DNA from: a bacterium
GTDB lineage: Bacteria; Patescibacteriota; Minisyncoccia; UBA6257; HR35
Length of the DNA: 64,000 bases
Direction of reading: 5' to 3'
Assembly (NCBI GenBank): GCA_041640295.1
Contig: JBEQAR010000001.1
Location: forward strand, 16,453 to 80,452
Position 1 is the first letter of the stretch. Every line of letters begins with the position of its first letter. This document shows positions 41,092 through 51,337 of the stretch, piece by piece. Both the position numbers and the translations under genes were made by a program. The notes below the pieces were generated by a model. The model was not told where the DNA came from. It saw only the letters and a program-made list of their open reading frames with translations, and did not search any database.

Positions 41092-41877
41092 TTACCTAAC
41101 AACAAGTGTGCCGTTGAGGTCGGTTCGCCAATAAGGAATATGAAGAATATTTAATTTTTGTATAGTTTCGTAATGAGGATGGCCATATCGATTTTCTCCT
41201 ACCTGAATGACTGCCCTTTTAAAATTAGCTAAAAAAAATCTATCAGAAGAATATTTTGAGCCATGGTGGGGAATCAAAAGATAATCAGCTTTAATTGATT
41301 TTTCATATTTGCTTAATAAATATTTTTCTATTTTTTGATCAATATCACCTGTAAGCAAGAAATTTTTATTATTTTTAAAAACCTTAATAACTAATGAATT
41401 TTGGTTATCGTTTTTATATCGGCGATCTGGATGTAAAATAAAAATTTTTTCAAATGGTGTTTCTATTTTATCATTAGCTTTAAGAGTAATCAGCGGAATA
41501 TTTTTTTCTTTAGCTAATTGAAGAAATTTCAAATACCCACTATCTGAAGAAAAATAAGGAGAAATAATTATGGCACCTATTTGATATCGTTCCATCAAAT
41601 CAAAAATTCCTCCGTAATGATCTTTATCTGAATGTGAAATTAAAATTAAATCAATCCGACGATGATAAAATTTAGATAAACTTTGTATTTCGCGAACTGT
41701 TTTTAGACCATAAGGACCAGCATCATAAAGAATTTTTAAGCGAGGATGATAAATTAATACACTACTTCCCTGCCCAACATTTAAAAAAGCTACAAAACTC
41801 TCATTATCAAAATTACTAACTATATACCAAAACAAAAAAATATTAATTAAAACTAAAATTAAAATCAAGCCTCTCAT
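41092..41877 (-). CDS. ComEC-type metallo-beta-lactamase domain protein
   Basis: FLNVGQG, SHSDKDHYGG, LLTGDI, PHHGS, NRYGHPH, RTDLNG. Confidence 0.9.
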   Translation of the reverse strand: MRGLILILVLINIFLFWYIVSNFDNESFVAFLNVGQGSSVLIYHPRLKILYDAGPYGLKTVREIQSLSKFYHRRIDLILISHSDKDHYGGIFDLMERYQIGAIIISPYFSSDSGYLKFLQLAKEKNIPLITLKANDKIETPFEKIFILHPDRRYKNDNQNSLVIKVFKNNKNFLLTGDIDQKIEKYLLSKYEKSIKADYLLIPHHGSKYSSDRFFLANFKRAVIQVGENRYGHPHYETIQKLNILHIPYWRTDLNGTLVVR

Positions 41878-43129
41878 TTTTATTAATTTTAATCATATAA
41901 AAAAATATCAAAAAATAAATAGCAAGAGTAAAAACTAATGGCATTGGTAAGTATAATTTTGGTAATTTAGCTAAAAAATTAATAATTAATCCAAAGAGTT
42001 CAAAAGGTAAATTGATAATCTGATTAACTGGATAAAAATAAACTAAAAATAAACTAAAAAATCCAATAAGCATTAAATAAGGAATAATAGAAACAACTAG
42101 AGCATTATTAAAAAACGAAAAAAGATTAAATTCGCCAAATTTATACCACAAAAGAGGAATAACTAAAATTTGAGCTGAAATAACTTCACTTAAAAATTTA
42201 AATTTCAAAATTTTTCTAAAATATTCCTCCCAATAAACAAGACCAACGGTTGCTAAAATAGAAAGTTGAAAACCCAAATCATTAACTAAGGCTAAAGGGT
42301 CAAATAGACTAATTATCAAAGCAGTAAAAATTAAAACATTCCTTTGAAGAGCTGGCTTGCCAATTAATTTAGAAAAAATAAAAACTATCATCATTATTCC
42401 TGCTCGAATTACCGAAGATTGAAAACCAGTTAAAACAACAAAAATCAAAATAAAAATTATTGACAAAAAATTAATTAGAAAAAAATTAAAAGCTAAAGAA
42501 TTAAATAAACGATGAACAGCTGAAGAAATAACAATAAGGTTATAACCAGACATTGCTGTAATGTGAGAAAGTCCTGAATGACGAAAATTCTCTCTTAATT
42601 CTTTATCATTTATCTCACGACCATATAAAATCCCACTTATTATTTCTGAACTAACTAAGGAATAATTTTTATCAATCAATTGATTAATATAATTTCGTAA
42701 TTGATAAAATGGAGTATAAATTGAATGTTTGACTTCTTTCAGTTCCTTAATAAAAATTCTATTTCCCTGAATATCAAATTGAGCAATAAGACTATCTTTA
42801 GGAAATAATTTATTGTAATAATAAGGTAAATAGACAAAATAATTTTCTCCCTTGAATTTACCTAAATATTTATGGTAGTAATTAGTTGAAGGAAATTCTT
42901 TTATTAAATAAATTTTATTATCAGCAGTTTGCTTTTGAATTAATTGAAAAAATATCAAATAACCTCCACCCAATAAAAAAGCCAAAGAAAATAATAAAAC
43001 TAAAAATAATCTTCGAAAAAATACTAAACTAATAAAAACAAAAATCAACCAAAAATTAAAATAATACTTCAAAATAATACCCAAAAGAAAAAAGAGCGAA
43101 AAGAAAAAGAAAAGATTAGCAGGCATCAA
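41843..43129 (-). CDS. comEC: ComEC/Rec2 competence membrane domain
   Basis: FRHSGLSHITAMSGYN, SVIRAGIM, DLGFQLS. Confidence 0.9.
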   Translation of the reverse strand: MMPANLFFFFSLFFLLGIILKYYFNFWLIFVFISLVFFRRLFLVLLFSLAFLLGGGYLIFFQLIQKQTADNKIYLIKEFPSTNYYHKYLGKFKGENYFVYLPYYYNKLFPKDSLIAQFDIQGNRIFIKELKEVKHSIYTPFYQLRNYINQLIDKNYSLVSSEIISGILYGREINDKELRENFRHSGLSHITAMSGYNLIVISSAVHRLFNSLAFNFFLINFLSIIFILIFVVLTGFQSSVIRAGIMMIVFIFSKLIGKPALQRNVLIFTALIISLFDPLALVNDLGFQLSILATVGLVYWEEYFRKILKFKFLSEVISAQILVIPLLWYKFGEFNLFSFFNNALVVSIIPYLMLIGFFSLFLVYFYPVNQIINLPFELFGLIINFLAKLPKLYLPMPLVFTLAIYFLIFFYMIKINKNERLDFNFSFN

Positions 43130-43132
43130 TTT

Positions 43133-44599
43133 TTATGGCGAACCGAAAATAAATTTCAAAGCAGAGAAAATAGCTGAAACAACTAATAACAAAAAGTAAC
43201 CAATAACTGCCCACTTGAGATATTCTGAACCTGTTTTAATATATTCAACTTTAATGGGTGAAATAACATAAAAAATTGCTCCAACAATTAGAAGAATAAT
43301 AAAAATTATCGGTGCTAAATCGAAAATAAAATTTCTTACTTCATCAAAAATTCTTTCGGGAGTAATTTCTCCTAATGATTCAGCCCCTCGATGCTCATCT
43401 ACCCAAACCACGGGCGGTATTACTGCTATTGGTACTTCTGTTGTCGCTATTTCAAGCTCTACCCAATTAAAAGAAAATTGACTATTAAAATTTTGAACAG
43501 CTTCTTGAAAATCTTGGACTACCTCATCTATAGTATTACCCCCAGGAGTTTGACCTGTTATCAAGGTTTCTTTTAAACATAATCTAAAAAAATCATTAAA
43601 AAGTTTTTGACTAGAACTAGCTAAATTATTCCAGAAATCAGCCTCTTGTTCGATTTGATTGGGATAAATATTTTGAAACCCTCTTTGATATCCCTGATTT
43701 CTATTAAGATTCACTATGCTAGTTGTCTTATTAAATGTTATTAAAAAACCTTGTTTATATATTGTTTCTAATAAATCTGGTATGGTTCGTCCTTGCATCG
43801 TAGAAGACGATATTGCTGAAGAGAATTTATTTAAATTAGTTAAAATATTACTTAATGTTGTAACATCATTTATACTAGTAATATCATTCCTAATTTCATT
43901 TAAAGTATTTAAACACCCTTTAATTGACCTCACTGTATTTCCCCACAACACCCCATCGTATTCTTGAATAACTCGTGAAAAATAATTTAAATAATTTTCA
44001 ATTTTTTCTAATAAATTACTTTCTCTTAAAAAATTTAAGTAAGTACGTAATAACGAGCTATCGCTTCCGAGGTTTTTAGGTGAGCAATTTAAATTAGCAC
44101 AACTAAAAAAATCAATATAATTAGTACCCCTTTCACCGTCATTATTATTAACAATAAATATTCTAATAACATCCCGAGCAACACTTTCACCCGATAAAGT
44201 TCCTTCATCAACACCCATTCCAATCTCATAATCACCAAAATTTGAAATATTAAGATCAGGAAATATGTAATTCCACAAATCAATTATGGTATTGTAATTA
44301 GAAATACTAGAAGTAGGAAAATTCCTTAATCTAGTTTTTGCATCAATAAATTTAGAAAAAATATAAGGATAAGGAAATTCATCTCTGTAACAATTTCCAT
44401 TAATATATCTACAAGCATAATATACAGGACTTCCATCATTACCTATATTTTGTAATAACCTATTTATGCTACTAAATTTTCTTACTATCTCATCAATTTT
44501 TCCTATTATCTGTCCTCTTAACTCCTGAGCGGTTTGTCCATAAACAAAATTAGAATTGAAGAATATTAATAAAATTAAAACTATAATTACCCTCCTCAT
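43133..44599 (-). CDS. Large secreted domain with C-terminal TrbC/VirB2-like pilin module
   Basis: Signal FVYG|Q; C-terminal LAPIIFIILLIVGAIFYVIS..GSEYLKWAVIGYFLLL hairpin. Confidence 0.7.
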   Translation of the reverse strand: MRRVIIVLILLIFFNSNFVYGQTAQELRGQIIGKIDEIVRKFSSINRLLQNIGNDGSPVYYACRYINGNCYRDEFPYPYIFSKFIDAKTRLRNFPTSSISNYNTIIDLWNYIFPDLNISNFGDYEIGMGVDEGTLSGESVARDVIRIFIVNNNDGERGTNYIDFFSCANLNCSPKNLGSDSSLLRTYLNFLRESNLLEKIENYLNYFSRVIQEYDGVLWGNTVRSIKGCLNTLNEIRNDITSINDVTTLSNILTNLNKFSSAISSSTMQGRTIPDLLETIYKQGFLITFNKTTSIVNLNRNQGYQRGFQNIYPNQIEQEADFWNNLASSSQKLFNDFFRLCLKETLITGQTPGGNTIDEVVQDFQEAVQNFNSQFSFNWVELEIATTEVPIAVIPPVVWVDEHRGAESLGEITPERIFDEVRNFIFDLAPIIFIILLIVGAIFYVISPIKVEYIKTGSEYLKWAVIGYFLLLVVSAIFSALKFIFGSP

Positions 44600-45048
44600 C
44601 TTACCAGTTGATTAATTGCTTCCAAAATTTCCCGGGCGATAAAAATTATTATAAAACCTAAAATAGTCCAAAAGAAAGTTTTTTTTGCTAAATCTAAATA
44701 ATCTTTTTTAAATGGGGAATAAATCAAAAATCCAGCAATTAAAGTTAAAGAAATTAAAAATAAAATAACTGCAATATATTGAAGTACTCCTAAAACTCTT
44801 ATCAAACAGTTGTTAATTTTTTCAAAAGCATTTGAACCCTGAAGACAAGCAACATCAGCTGCTGGTCTAAAATATTGATAAAAATATCGCCAACCTTCAG
44901 GAGACAAAACATTAACTTCAGAGGAAGTTGATTCTGTTGTAGTTGAAGTTGTAGAAGTAGTTGATGTTGATGATGTTTGTGAATAAATTAAATGATTGAC
45001 TATCAATAGATTAAAAACTAAAATTGAAATTAAAATAAATTTTCTCAT
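44596..45048 (-). CDS. TrbC/VirB2-like pilin with Ser/Thr-rich linker
   Basis: Signal LIYS|Q, TSSTSTTSTTSTTTESTSS, Cys pair, AKKTFFWTILGFIIIF. Confidence 0.72.
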   Translation of the reverse strand: MRKFILISILVFNLLIVNHLIYSQTSSTSTTSTTSTTTESTSSEVNVLSPEGWRYFYQYFRPAADVACLQGSNAFEKINNCLIRVLGVLQYIAVILFLISLTLIAGFLIYSPFKKDYLDLAKKTFFWTILGFIIIFIAREILEAINQLVR

Positions 45049-45050
45049 TT

Positions 45051-45419
45051 TTAATAACCAGTATAAATATAAATCTTCGGCTTAAGAAAATCTAAAATTA
45101 AATCAAAAAATATTCCAGCTAAAAGAAGCAAAACATAATAAGTAACTGCATTGACCATCATTGTTCTACCTTTTTCTAACCAATTTTTAGTAGCTCCACC
45201 AAACATCATCATAAAAGCACCAATTAAAGCTACTAAAGCAGCTATCCAATAACCTAAAATCAGTAAAAATCTAATTACATTTTGAACAGCATTAATAAAG
45301 TCCCTCAAAGTACAAGAATCAGGAGTGCAATTTTTACCAACTAAACCACCTGACTGAGCAAAAATATAATTATTAAAGATAGATAAAATAAAAATAAAAA
45401 TTAATAAATTTTTAATCAT
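45051..45419 (-). CDS. TrbC/VirB2-like pilin
   Basis: Signal YIFA|Q, GLV..C..CTLRDF, GAFMMMFGG..KGRTMMVNAV. Confidence 0.78.
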   Translation of the reverse strand: MIKNLLIFIFILSIFNNYIFAQSGGLVGKNCTPDSCTLRDFINAVQNVIRFLLILGYWIAALVALIGAFMMMFGGATKNWLEKGRTMMVNAVTYYVLLLLAGIFFDLILDFLKPKIYIYTGY

Positions 45420-46645
45420 TTTTTGAAAAATTTAAAAATATCAGTTCGTCTGAGAATATTTTTTAAATTATCTTTATTAGTTAGCCAACTATCAAAATAT
45501 TTTGGTAAAGCATTATTCAACTCATCATAATTAATATTAGTAAAGTAATCACCAATTAACATTTCATTAATTACTATCTTACTTTCTTTATCTAAATCAT
45601 TAAACAAATCTTTTCTTAAGGGAATTAAATTATTTCTTTTAGCAAATTCTGGATAAATCTTATCAAATTCTTCTAAAAATAACCAACTATATTTAGACTT
45701 TTTGTTTTTGATTACTCCTAAATAATAAACTTTTAGATAATTATATTTTTTCAGGGATTGGCTAAATTTTGGAAAACCAGCAACAGAAAATTCTAACCTT
45801 GAATTACTATCAATAATTTTTTTCTTTTGAGAATAGAAAGCTGGTAACATAATTAATCTTTCTTGAGCAAAAGCTAATAAAGCATTAGGTAAATTATCAT
45901 CCCAAGAATATAAATTTGAATAAGGATTAGTAAATTGAGTTAAATAATCAAAAGTTTTCTCAAAAGCGCTACTATTTTTTTCTGACTCTTGATTTAAATT
46001 TTTATTAATCACCAAAAAAATCTCAACAAAATTATCAATATTCGATTTTCCTAAAGCAATAGGGGCTAATTCAAGATAATTAAAATTAGCTTGTCTTAAC
46101 TGAGGGATAGCTTGTTCAATTTCTTCAAAAGTTTTTGGAGGTTCATACAAACCAGCATTAGCTAAATATCTATTATTAACAAACAAAACTAATGTATCAA
46201 AAGTTAATGGATAAAGATTGAATTTATTGTTTAATGGCTTAAAAATTATTTCAGGGTAATTATCAATAGTAAGCTTTTTATTTTTATATTCATCAAAAAT
46301 TTTCAAATTATTAAAAGCAAATTCGTTATCAACATAAACAATATCAGGACCGCGACCGGCAGCAGTTTCTAATAATAAAGTTTCTTTAATTTCTTCTAAT
46401 GATTTCTTTTCAACATTAACTGTTAAACAATATTTATTAACTGATTTAATTGCTTTTCTAAACTCTTGAAATGGAATTGGTGACCAAATAACTAATTTTT
46501 GATTATAGCAAGGAAATTCTGATTTCTTCCTCCGACTTGCAAAAAATGCCCGATCAATTAAAAAAGCTACCACAATTATTATTAAAAGAAAAAATATAAC
46601 TATAGTGATAGGTCTATCTCTTAAATCTTTTAATATTCGGTCCAT
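45416..46645 (-). CDS. Extracellular solute-binding protein (sugar ABC family 1-like), N-terminal TM
   Basis: LVIWS, AAGRGPDI, PLTFDTLVLFVN, PPKTFEE. Confidence 0.8.
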   Translation of the reverse strand: MDRILKDLRDRPITIVIFFLLIIIVVAFLIDRAFFASRRKKSEFPCYNQKLVIWSPIPFQEFRKAIKSVNKYCLTVNVEKKSLEEIKETLLLETAAGRGPDIVYVDNEFAFNNLKIFDEYKNKKLTIDNYPEIIFKPLNNKFNLYPLTFDTLVLFVNNRYLANAGLYEPPKTFEEIEQAIPQLRQANFNYLELAPIALGKSNIDNFVEIFLVINKNLNQESEKNSSAFEKTFDYLTQFTNPYSNLYSWDDNLPNALLAFAQERLIMLPAFYSQKKKIIDSNSRLEFSVAGFPKFSQSLKKYNYLKVYYLGVIKNKKSKYSWLFLEEFDKIYPEFAKRNNLIPLRKDLFNDLDKESKIVINEMLIGDYFTNINYDELNNALPKYFDSWLTNKDNLKNILRRTDIFKFFKK

Positions 46646-47152
46646 TTACTTTTGAGCTACTATTAGATAATAATCACCGAAAAATTTTTGAAAAATTATC
46701 CTCTTATTTTTAATTTTAAAATATGTTTGAATAAATTCATAATCTATTGGCGTTCCAGCAAGAAAAGGTAATTTCTTATTAGGCTCTAAAATAATTATTA
46801 ATCCATCTGGTTTTGTAATTCTTAAAGCACTATCTAAGATTTTATCATAACCTTCATTTTGAAATAAAATTTGACTAATAAAAACTACATCAAAATAATT
46901 GTCCTCTAAAGATAAATTTTTCACATCAGCCCTCAAAAAATGCACATTCTGATAACCATAAATATTAACTAATTCTTCAGCTTCTTTTAAATTATCTTCC
47001 AAAATATCAATAGCATAAACTTCTACACCTTTTTCAGCCAGCCATACAGTAAAATAACCACCACCACAACCGAATTCAGCAATTTTATCACCTTTCTTAA
47101 TAAACAAATTTTTAGTTAAGATATTAATAATTTCTTGTGGTTTAATAAACAT
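46646..47152 (-). CDS. Class I SAM-dependent methyltransferase
   Basis: IAEFGCGGGYF, VYAID, FDVV..ILFQ, KPDG. Confidence 0.88.
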   Translation of the reverse strand: MFIKPQEIINILTKNLFIKKGDKIAEFGCGGGYFTVWLAEKGVEVYAIDILEDNLKEAEELVNIYGYQNVHFLRADVKNLSLEDNYFDVVFISQILFQNEGYDKILDSALRITKPDGLIIILEPNKKLPFLAGTPIDYEFIQTYFKIKNKRIIFQKFFGDYYLIVAQK

Positions 47153-47154
47153 TA

Positions 47155-48495
47155 CTATTCTAAATTAATTTCTTCGTTGATTTTGGGTATTTCAGTTTTA
47201 ATCCCCAAATAATCTTCAAGACGAATTTTTAATTGAATTTTTGCTTTTTCATCGCCTTGAACTAAAAATACAGTTTTTAATCTTTTTCTTTGAGGACTAA
47301 CCCAATCAATAATTCCTTCTTGATCTTTATGACCTGAATAACTTAATAATTTTTCTATCTTAGCCTTAACTAAATATTTCTCACCATCTAAAGAAATATT
47401 TTTCACCCCCTCTAAAATTTCTCTTCCTAAAGATCCTTCTGGCTGATAACCAACAAATAAAATTGTCGTTAATGGCTTATCAATAAAATATTTTAAGATA
47501 TTAATAATTTTTCCACCCTTAAGCATTCCAGAGCTGGAAATAATAATTTTAGGATTAGGATAATCAACAATTTTTTTAATATCATTTTCTTCCACAATAT
47601 GTAAATAGGACAAATTTTCGTAATTTCTACGAATAAAAAAATTTTTTGCCTGCTCATTAAGAAAATCATAATACTTTTCGTAAATTCTTAAAATTCTAAT
47701 TCCCAAAGGAGTATCAAGAAAAATATTTATTTCTGGCACGCGTTTTTCTTCAACTAAAGAAATTAAATCATATAAAACTTCTTGACTTCTTTCCAAAGCG
47801 AAGGCTGGTATAATCAAGGTTCTTTTTTCTCTTAAGGTTTCTTCAACAATATCTTCTAAAATATCTTTTCGGTTCATTAAATCTTGATGAAGACGATCAC
47901 CATAAGTAGATTCTAAAACTAAATAATCTGCTTCGGGTAAGGGATCAGTTTCTCTTAAAAGTGGATCAATATTACCTAAATCGCCAGAAAAAATTAATAT
48001 TTTATTATCTCCTTTCACCTGAATAAATGCTGAACCTAAAATATGGCCGGCATCAAAGAACACTATTTCTAAATTATTAAAAGACAATTTTTCATAATAA
48101 TTAACTGTTCGCCATCTTTGAAAAACTTTTTTAATGTTTTCTTCTGTAACAAAATTATCTTTACCCAAAAAATGGCAATTTTCATTAATTACTTTTTGAG
48201 AGTCCAATAAAATTTCTTGAGCTAAATCTTTTGTAGGTAAAGTACTATAAATATAACCATTAAAACCCTCAGATAACAATTTAGGCAAACGACCAATATG
48301 GTCTAAATGAGAATGAGTAATTAATACAAAATCTATTTCTTTAGCCTGATAAATAAACGGTTCGAAATTTTCTAACTCACAAACATTTCTTCCTTGAATT
48401 AATCCGCAATCAACTAAAAATTTAGTATTATTAACTTCAACTAAATAATTAGCACCAGTTACCCTTTCTGCCCCTCCGCAAAATTTTATTTTCAT
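47155..48495 (-). CDS. MBL/beta-CASP family nuclease
   Basis: LVDCG, THSHLDH, AGHILGS, SGDLG, ESTYGDR, YSGH. Confidence 0.92.
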   Translation of the reverse strand: MKIKFCGGAERVTGANYLVEVNNTKFLVDCGLIQGRNVCELENFEPFIYQAKEIDFVLITHSHLDHIGRLPKLLSEGFNGYIYSTLPTKDLAQEILLDSQKVINENCHFLGKDNFVTEENIKKVFQRWRTVNYYEKLSFNNLEIVFFDAGHILGSAFIQVKGDNKILIFSGDLGNIDPLLRETDPLPEADYLVLESTYGDRLHQDLMNRKDILEDIVEETLREKRTLIIPAFALERSQEVLYDLISLVEEKRVPEINIFLDTPLGIRILRIYEKYYDFLNEQAKNFFIRRNYENLSYLHIVEENDIKKIVDYPNPKIIISSSGMLKGGKIINILKYFIDKPLTTILFVGYQPEGSLGREILEGVKNISLDGEKYLVKAKIEKLLSYSGHKDQEGIIDWVSPQRKRLKTVFLVQGDEKAKIQLKIRLEDYLGIKTEIPKINEEINLE

Positions 48496-48530
48496 TTTTG
48501 ACTAAATTGACTAAATTTAATAATCTTGTT

Positions 48531-49130
48531 CTATATCGCAAAAATTTTTAATAATAAATTGAGAATAAAATTTTTAATTAATAAAATAAAATTAAAAGCG
48601 AAGAAGATAACAAAAATAATAAGTAAGAAACCGAATTGTTCAAGGTAGATTTGCATATTATAAGGCAAGAAAGAAAGAAAAATTCTTGAACCATCTAATG
48701 GTGGAATAGGTAAAAGATTAAAAATGGCAAGCAAGATATTTAAACTAATAAATGACAAAATTAACTGAGTATTAATAACCAAATTTAATAACATTGAAAT
48801 TTTTAACAAGGATAGCAAGATTAAAGCAATTAAAATATTAGTCACTGGTCCCATTAAAGCAACAATTGCCATATCTCTTTTAGGATTTTTAAAATTCAAA
48901 GGGTTAACAGGAACCGGTTTCGCCCAACCAAAAATAAAACCAGCGCTCAAAAAAGAAATTAGAGGTAAAATAATGGAACCAATAATATCTAAATGAGCAA
49001 TAGGATTAAGCGTTAATCTTCCCGCCAAACGTGGAGTATCATCACCCAATTTATCAGCAGTCAAACCATGAGCCAGCTCATGAAAAATAATTGAAATTAA
49101 CAAACCGGTAATCAAAATAATAATTTCCAT
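48531..49130 (-). CDS. Site-2 protease family (M50) intramembrane metalloprotease
   Basis: HELAH, GRLTLNP, GWAKPVP, FNLLPIPPLDG. Confidence 0.94.
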   Translation of the reverse strand: MEIIILITGLLISIIFHELAHGLTADKLGDDTPRLAGRLTLNPIAHLDIIGSIILPLISFLSAGFIFGWAKPVPVNPLNFKNPKRDMAIVALMGPVTNILIALILLSLLKISMLLNLVINTQLILSFISLNILLAIFNLLPIPPLDGSRIFLSFLPYNMQIYLEQFGFLLIIFVIFFAFNFILLIKNFILNLLLKIFAI

Positions 49131-49198
49131 TAAAAATTAATTATAACTTAAATAATTAGATAAAAATACTTAAATGATTATTTTTATATTTCTAAAAA

Positions 49199-50074
49199 TT
49201 AAGCAATTTCTCTCAAATAATCTTTAAACTCTTTAATTAACTCTAATTTTATCTTAGCTGAATAATATTCACCTAAATGAAATTTTGTCTTAAAAGAAAT
49301 AAATATTTCATAATATTCTGGAGTAATATTAAATTTTTCTTCTACTTTCAAATCATAAATTCTTTTATAGATACTTGCATTTTTTTCAACAAATTTATTA
49401 ATAGCTTCAATTTTTTCATCTATATTAACATCTTTATTAAATCTAATACCAACAAAAAATTTTTTATCATGACGACTTAAATTAGCAATGGTATTAATTT
49501 GACTATTGGGTAAAAAAATATAATTTCTTTCGCGATCCAAAAGAACCATCCCTCGCAAATCAAAATCAACTATTTTTCCAACAAAAGTATTATTAATATT
49601 TACCCACTCACCCTTACGAGCATGATCCTCAAAAATTAGTATCCAACCTCTAATAATATCTTGAATTATTCCTTGAAAACTAAAAACTATTGCTGCTCCC
49701 AAAACACCAGCACCAGTAATAATTGGGATAATTTGAATATTAAATTCACGAAGAACAAAAAGTAAAATAGCAAAAAAAGCCAAAATTTTAAAAATTGACC
49801 TAAAAACAGAAACTAAAGTAGCAACTCTTTCTTTATAGAATTCTAAATTTTTATGAGTTCTTATTCTGATAGTTATTTTTAATAATTGAGAAACTAAAAA
49901 CTTTAACAAGTAATAAAGAATAATAATCAAAAAAACAAAAATAATTATCTCAATTAAGTTATCATAATTAGTGCTAATAAATTTTCTTAATAAATCGTAA
50001 TAATTAGAAATATTGCTTTGAACAATTTTTATAAATGTTTTTGAAAATTCTTTAATATCCTCTAAAATGAACAT
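49199..50074 (-). CDS. Small-conductance mechanosensitive channel family protein
   Basis: GAGVLGAAIVFSFQGIIQDIIRG, GEWV, PNSQI. Confidence 0.85.
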   Translation of the reverse strand: MFILEDIKEFSKTFIKIVQSNISNYYDLLRKFISTNYDNLIEIIIFVFLIIILYYLLKFLVSQLLKITIRIRTHKNLEFYKERVATLVSVFRSIFKILAFFAILLFVLREFNIQIIPIITGAGVLGAAIVFSFQGIIQDIIRGWILIFEDHARKGEWVNINNTFVGKIVDFDLRGMVLLDRERNYIFLPNSQINTIANLSRHDKKFFVGIRFNKDVNIDEKIEAINKFVEKNASIYKRIYDLKVEEKFNITPEYYEIFISFKTKFHLGEYYSAKIKLELIKEFKDYLREIA

Positions 50075-51191
50075 TATAAAAACTTATTTTACTTTGTTTA
50101 ATGATTTTAATTGCTTTATTAAAAAAATTAATAACTTCGTCATAGGTTTGTCGATCGACCGGATAAGGTGTACCATCTTTACCGCCATGAGTAAAAGTAT
50201 AGCGAGCTGGATCTTGATAAGATGGTTTAGCTCCATAAATTAATTCTGACACTAAAGACAACGCTCTGATTGTTCTTGGTCCAATTCCTTCAAATAACAA
50301 AAGCTCATCAATTGTTTTTGGTTTTAAAAATTGAGCCTTAGTAATGCTTTTTTTCAACCGATTAATATCAAATTTTTCTTCAATTACGGGATGATATTTA
50401 AATTCAACTGAAGGCAAAAAAAGAGACTTGTAATTATTTTTTCGAAAGATTAAATCCATCTCTTTAATCAATTTATTTTCTTCATTTAATAAATTAATTA
50501 TACCTTTTTTATTTTGATTACTTTGTTTAGAAGTTAAATTAAGAACTTTGTCAAAAATTTTATCGGAAACTATTCCTGAATGTGGTTCTTCTGTTAAATT
50601 TTCTCCTGATTTATCTACTAAAGTTTGCATAAGTTCGCGTTTAGGTTCACATAAGTTCGCGTCTGATCGATACCAATGATATCTTCTGGCTAAACCAAGA
50701 TTAGTATTCATTCCTTGCTGAATTACTGCCCATGAACCTTTTTGGGTTAAAATAAAACTATGATGATAAATATTAAAACCATCTTGAATTAAAGAATTAT
50801 CAACTTTTGCTACTAGCTTTGAAATCCTTACATATTTTTCTGGATCAATGCCAATTTTTTCACTTAAAGTTAAAATTTCATCCGGGGTTTTTCTTGAAGT
50901 TCTTCCCTTCCCTCCACAAATATAAATTCCTAAATTTCTTTTTCTTAATGCTTCTTTTAAGGCTGCAGTTGTTGTTACTGTTAAACCTGATGAATTCCAA
51001 TCAAACGCTAAAGCACAACCAAAAGATTGAAACCAAATAGGATCAGCTAATCTTTTTAAAAATTCATCTTCACCAAATTCTTCAATAATTATTTCAGACA
51101 TAATCCCAGCTAATTTTTCCATTCTTTCGAAAAGCCATCGCGGACATTTGCCAGTATCCAAACCAAAAGTTGCTACCCCTGTTTTCATCAT
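50052..51191 (-). CDS. DUF763 domain protein
   Basis: KCPRWLFERM, DPIWFQSFGCAL..DWNSSG, WAVIQQGMN, RRYHW, HGGKDGTPYPV. Confidence 0.85.
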   Translation of the reverse strand: MMKTGVATFGLDTGKCPRWLFERMEKLAGIMSEIIIEEFGEDEFLKRLADPIWFQSFGCALAFDWNSSGLTVTTTAALKEALRKRNLGIYICGGKGRTSRKTPDEILTLSEKIGIDPEKYVRISKLVAKVDNSLIQDGFNIYHHSFILTQKGSWAVIQQGMNTNLGLARRYHWYRSDANLCEPKRELMQTLVDKSGENLTEEPHSGIVSDKIFDKVLNLTSKQSNQNKKGIINLLNEENKLIKEMDLIFRKNNYKSLFLPSVEFKYHPVIEEKFDINRLKKSITKAQFLKPKTIDELLLFEGIGPRTIRALSLVSELIYGAKPSYQDPARYTFTHGGKDGTPYPVDRQTYDEVINFFNKAIKIIKQSKISFYNVHFRGY

Positions 51192-51265
51192 TTTAAATTA
51201 TATAGTTAATTCCACTTAAGAGTATATAGTTAGGTATTTAAATTTAATTGAGTAAATTTATGATG

Positions 51266-51337
51266 AGCCAGCGGTGGGATTCGAACCCACGACCTGACGC
51301 TTACAAGGCGCCTGCTCTACCACTGAGCTACGCTGGC
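51266..51337 (-). tRNA. tRNA-Thr(TGT)
   Basis: Reverse complement GCCAGCG/CGCTGGC-T, GGCGC-CT TGT AA-GCGTC. Confidence 0.94.

Noticed and set aside
48498-48519. TTGACTAAA direct repeat x2 between S2P and beta-CASP genes
   Set aside because: Only two short copies; no evidence of function
51266-51337. tRNA-Thr as prophage/ICE attachment site
   Set aside because: No duplicated tRNA 3' end and no integrase found; the accessory genes lie 5' of the tRNA
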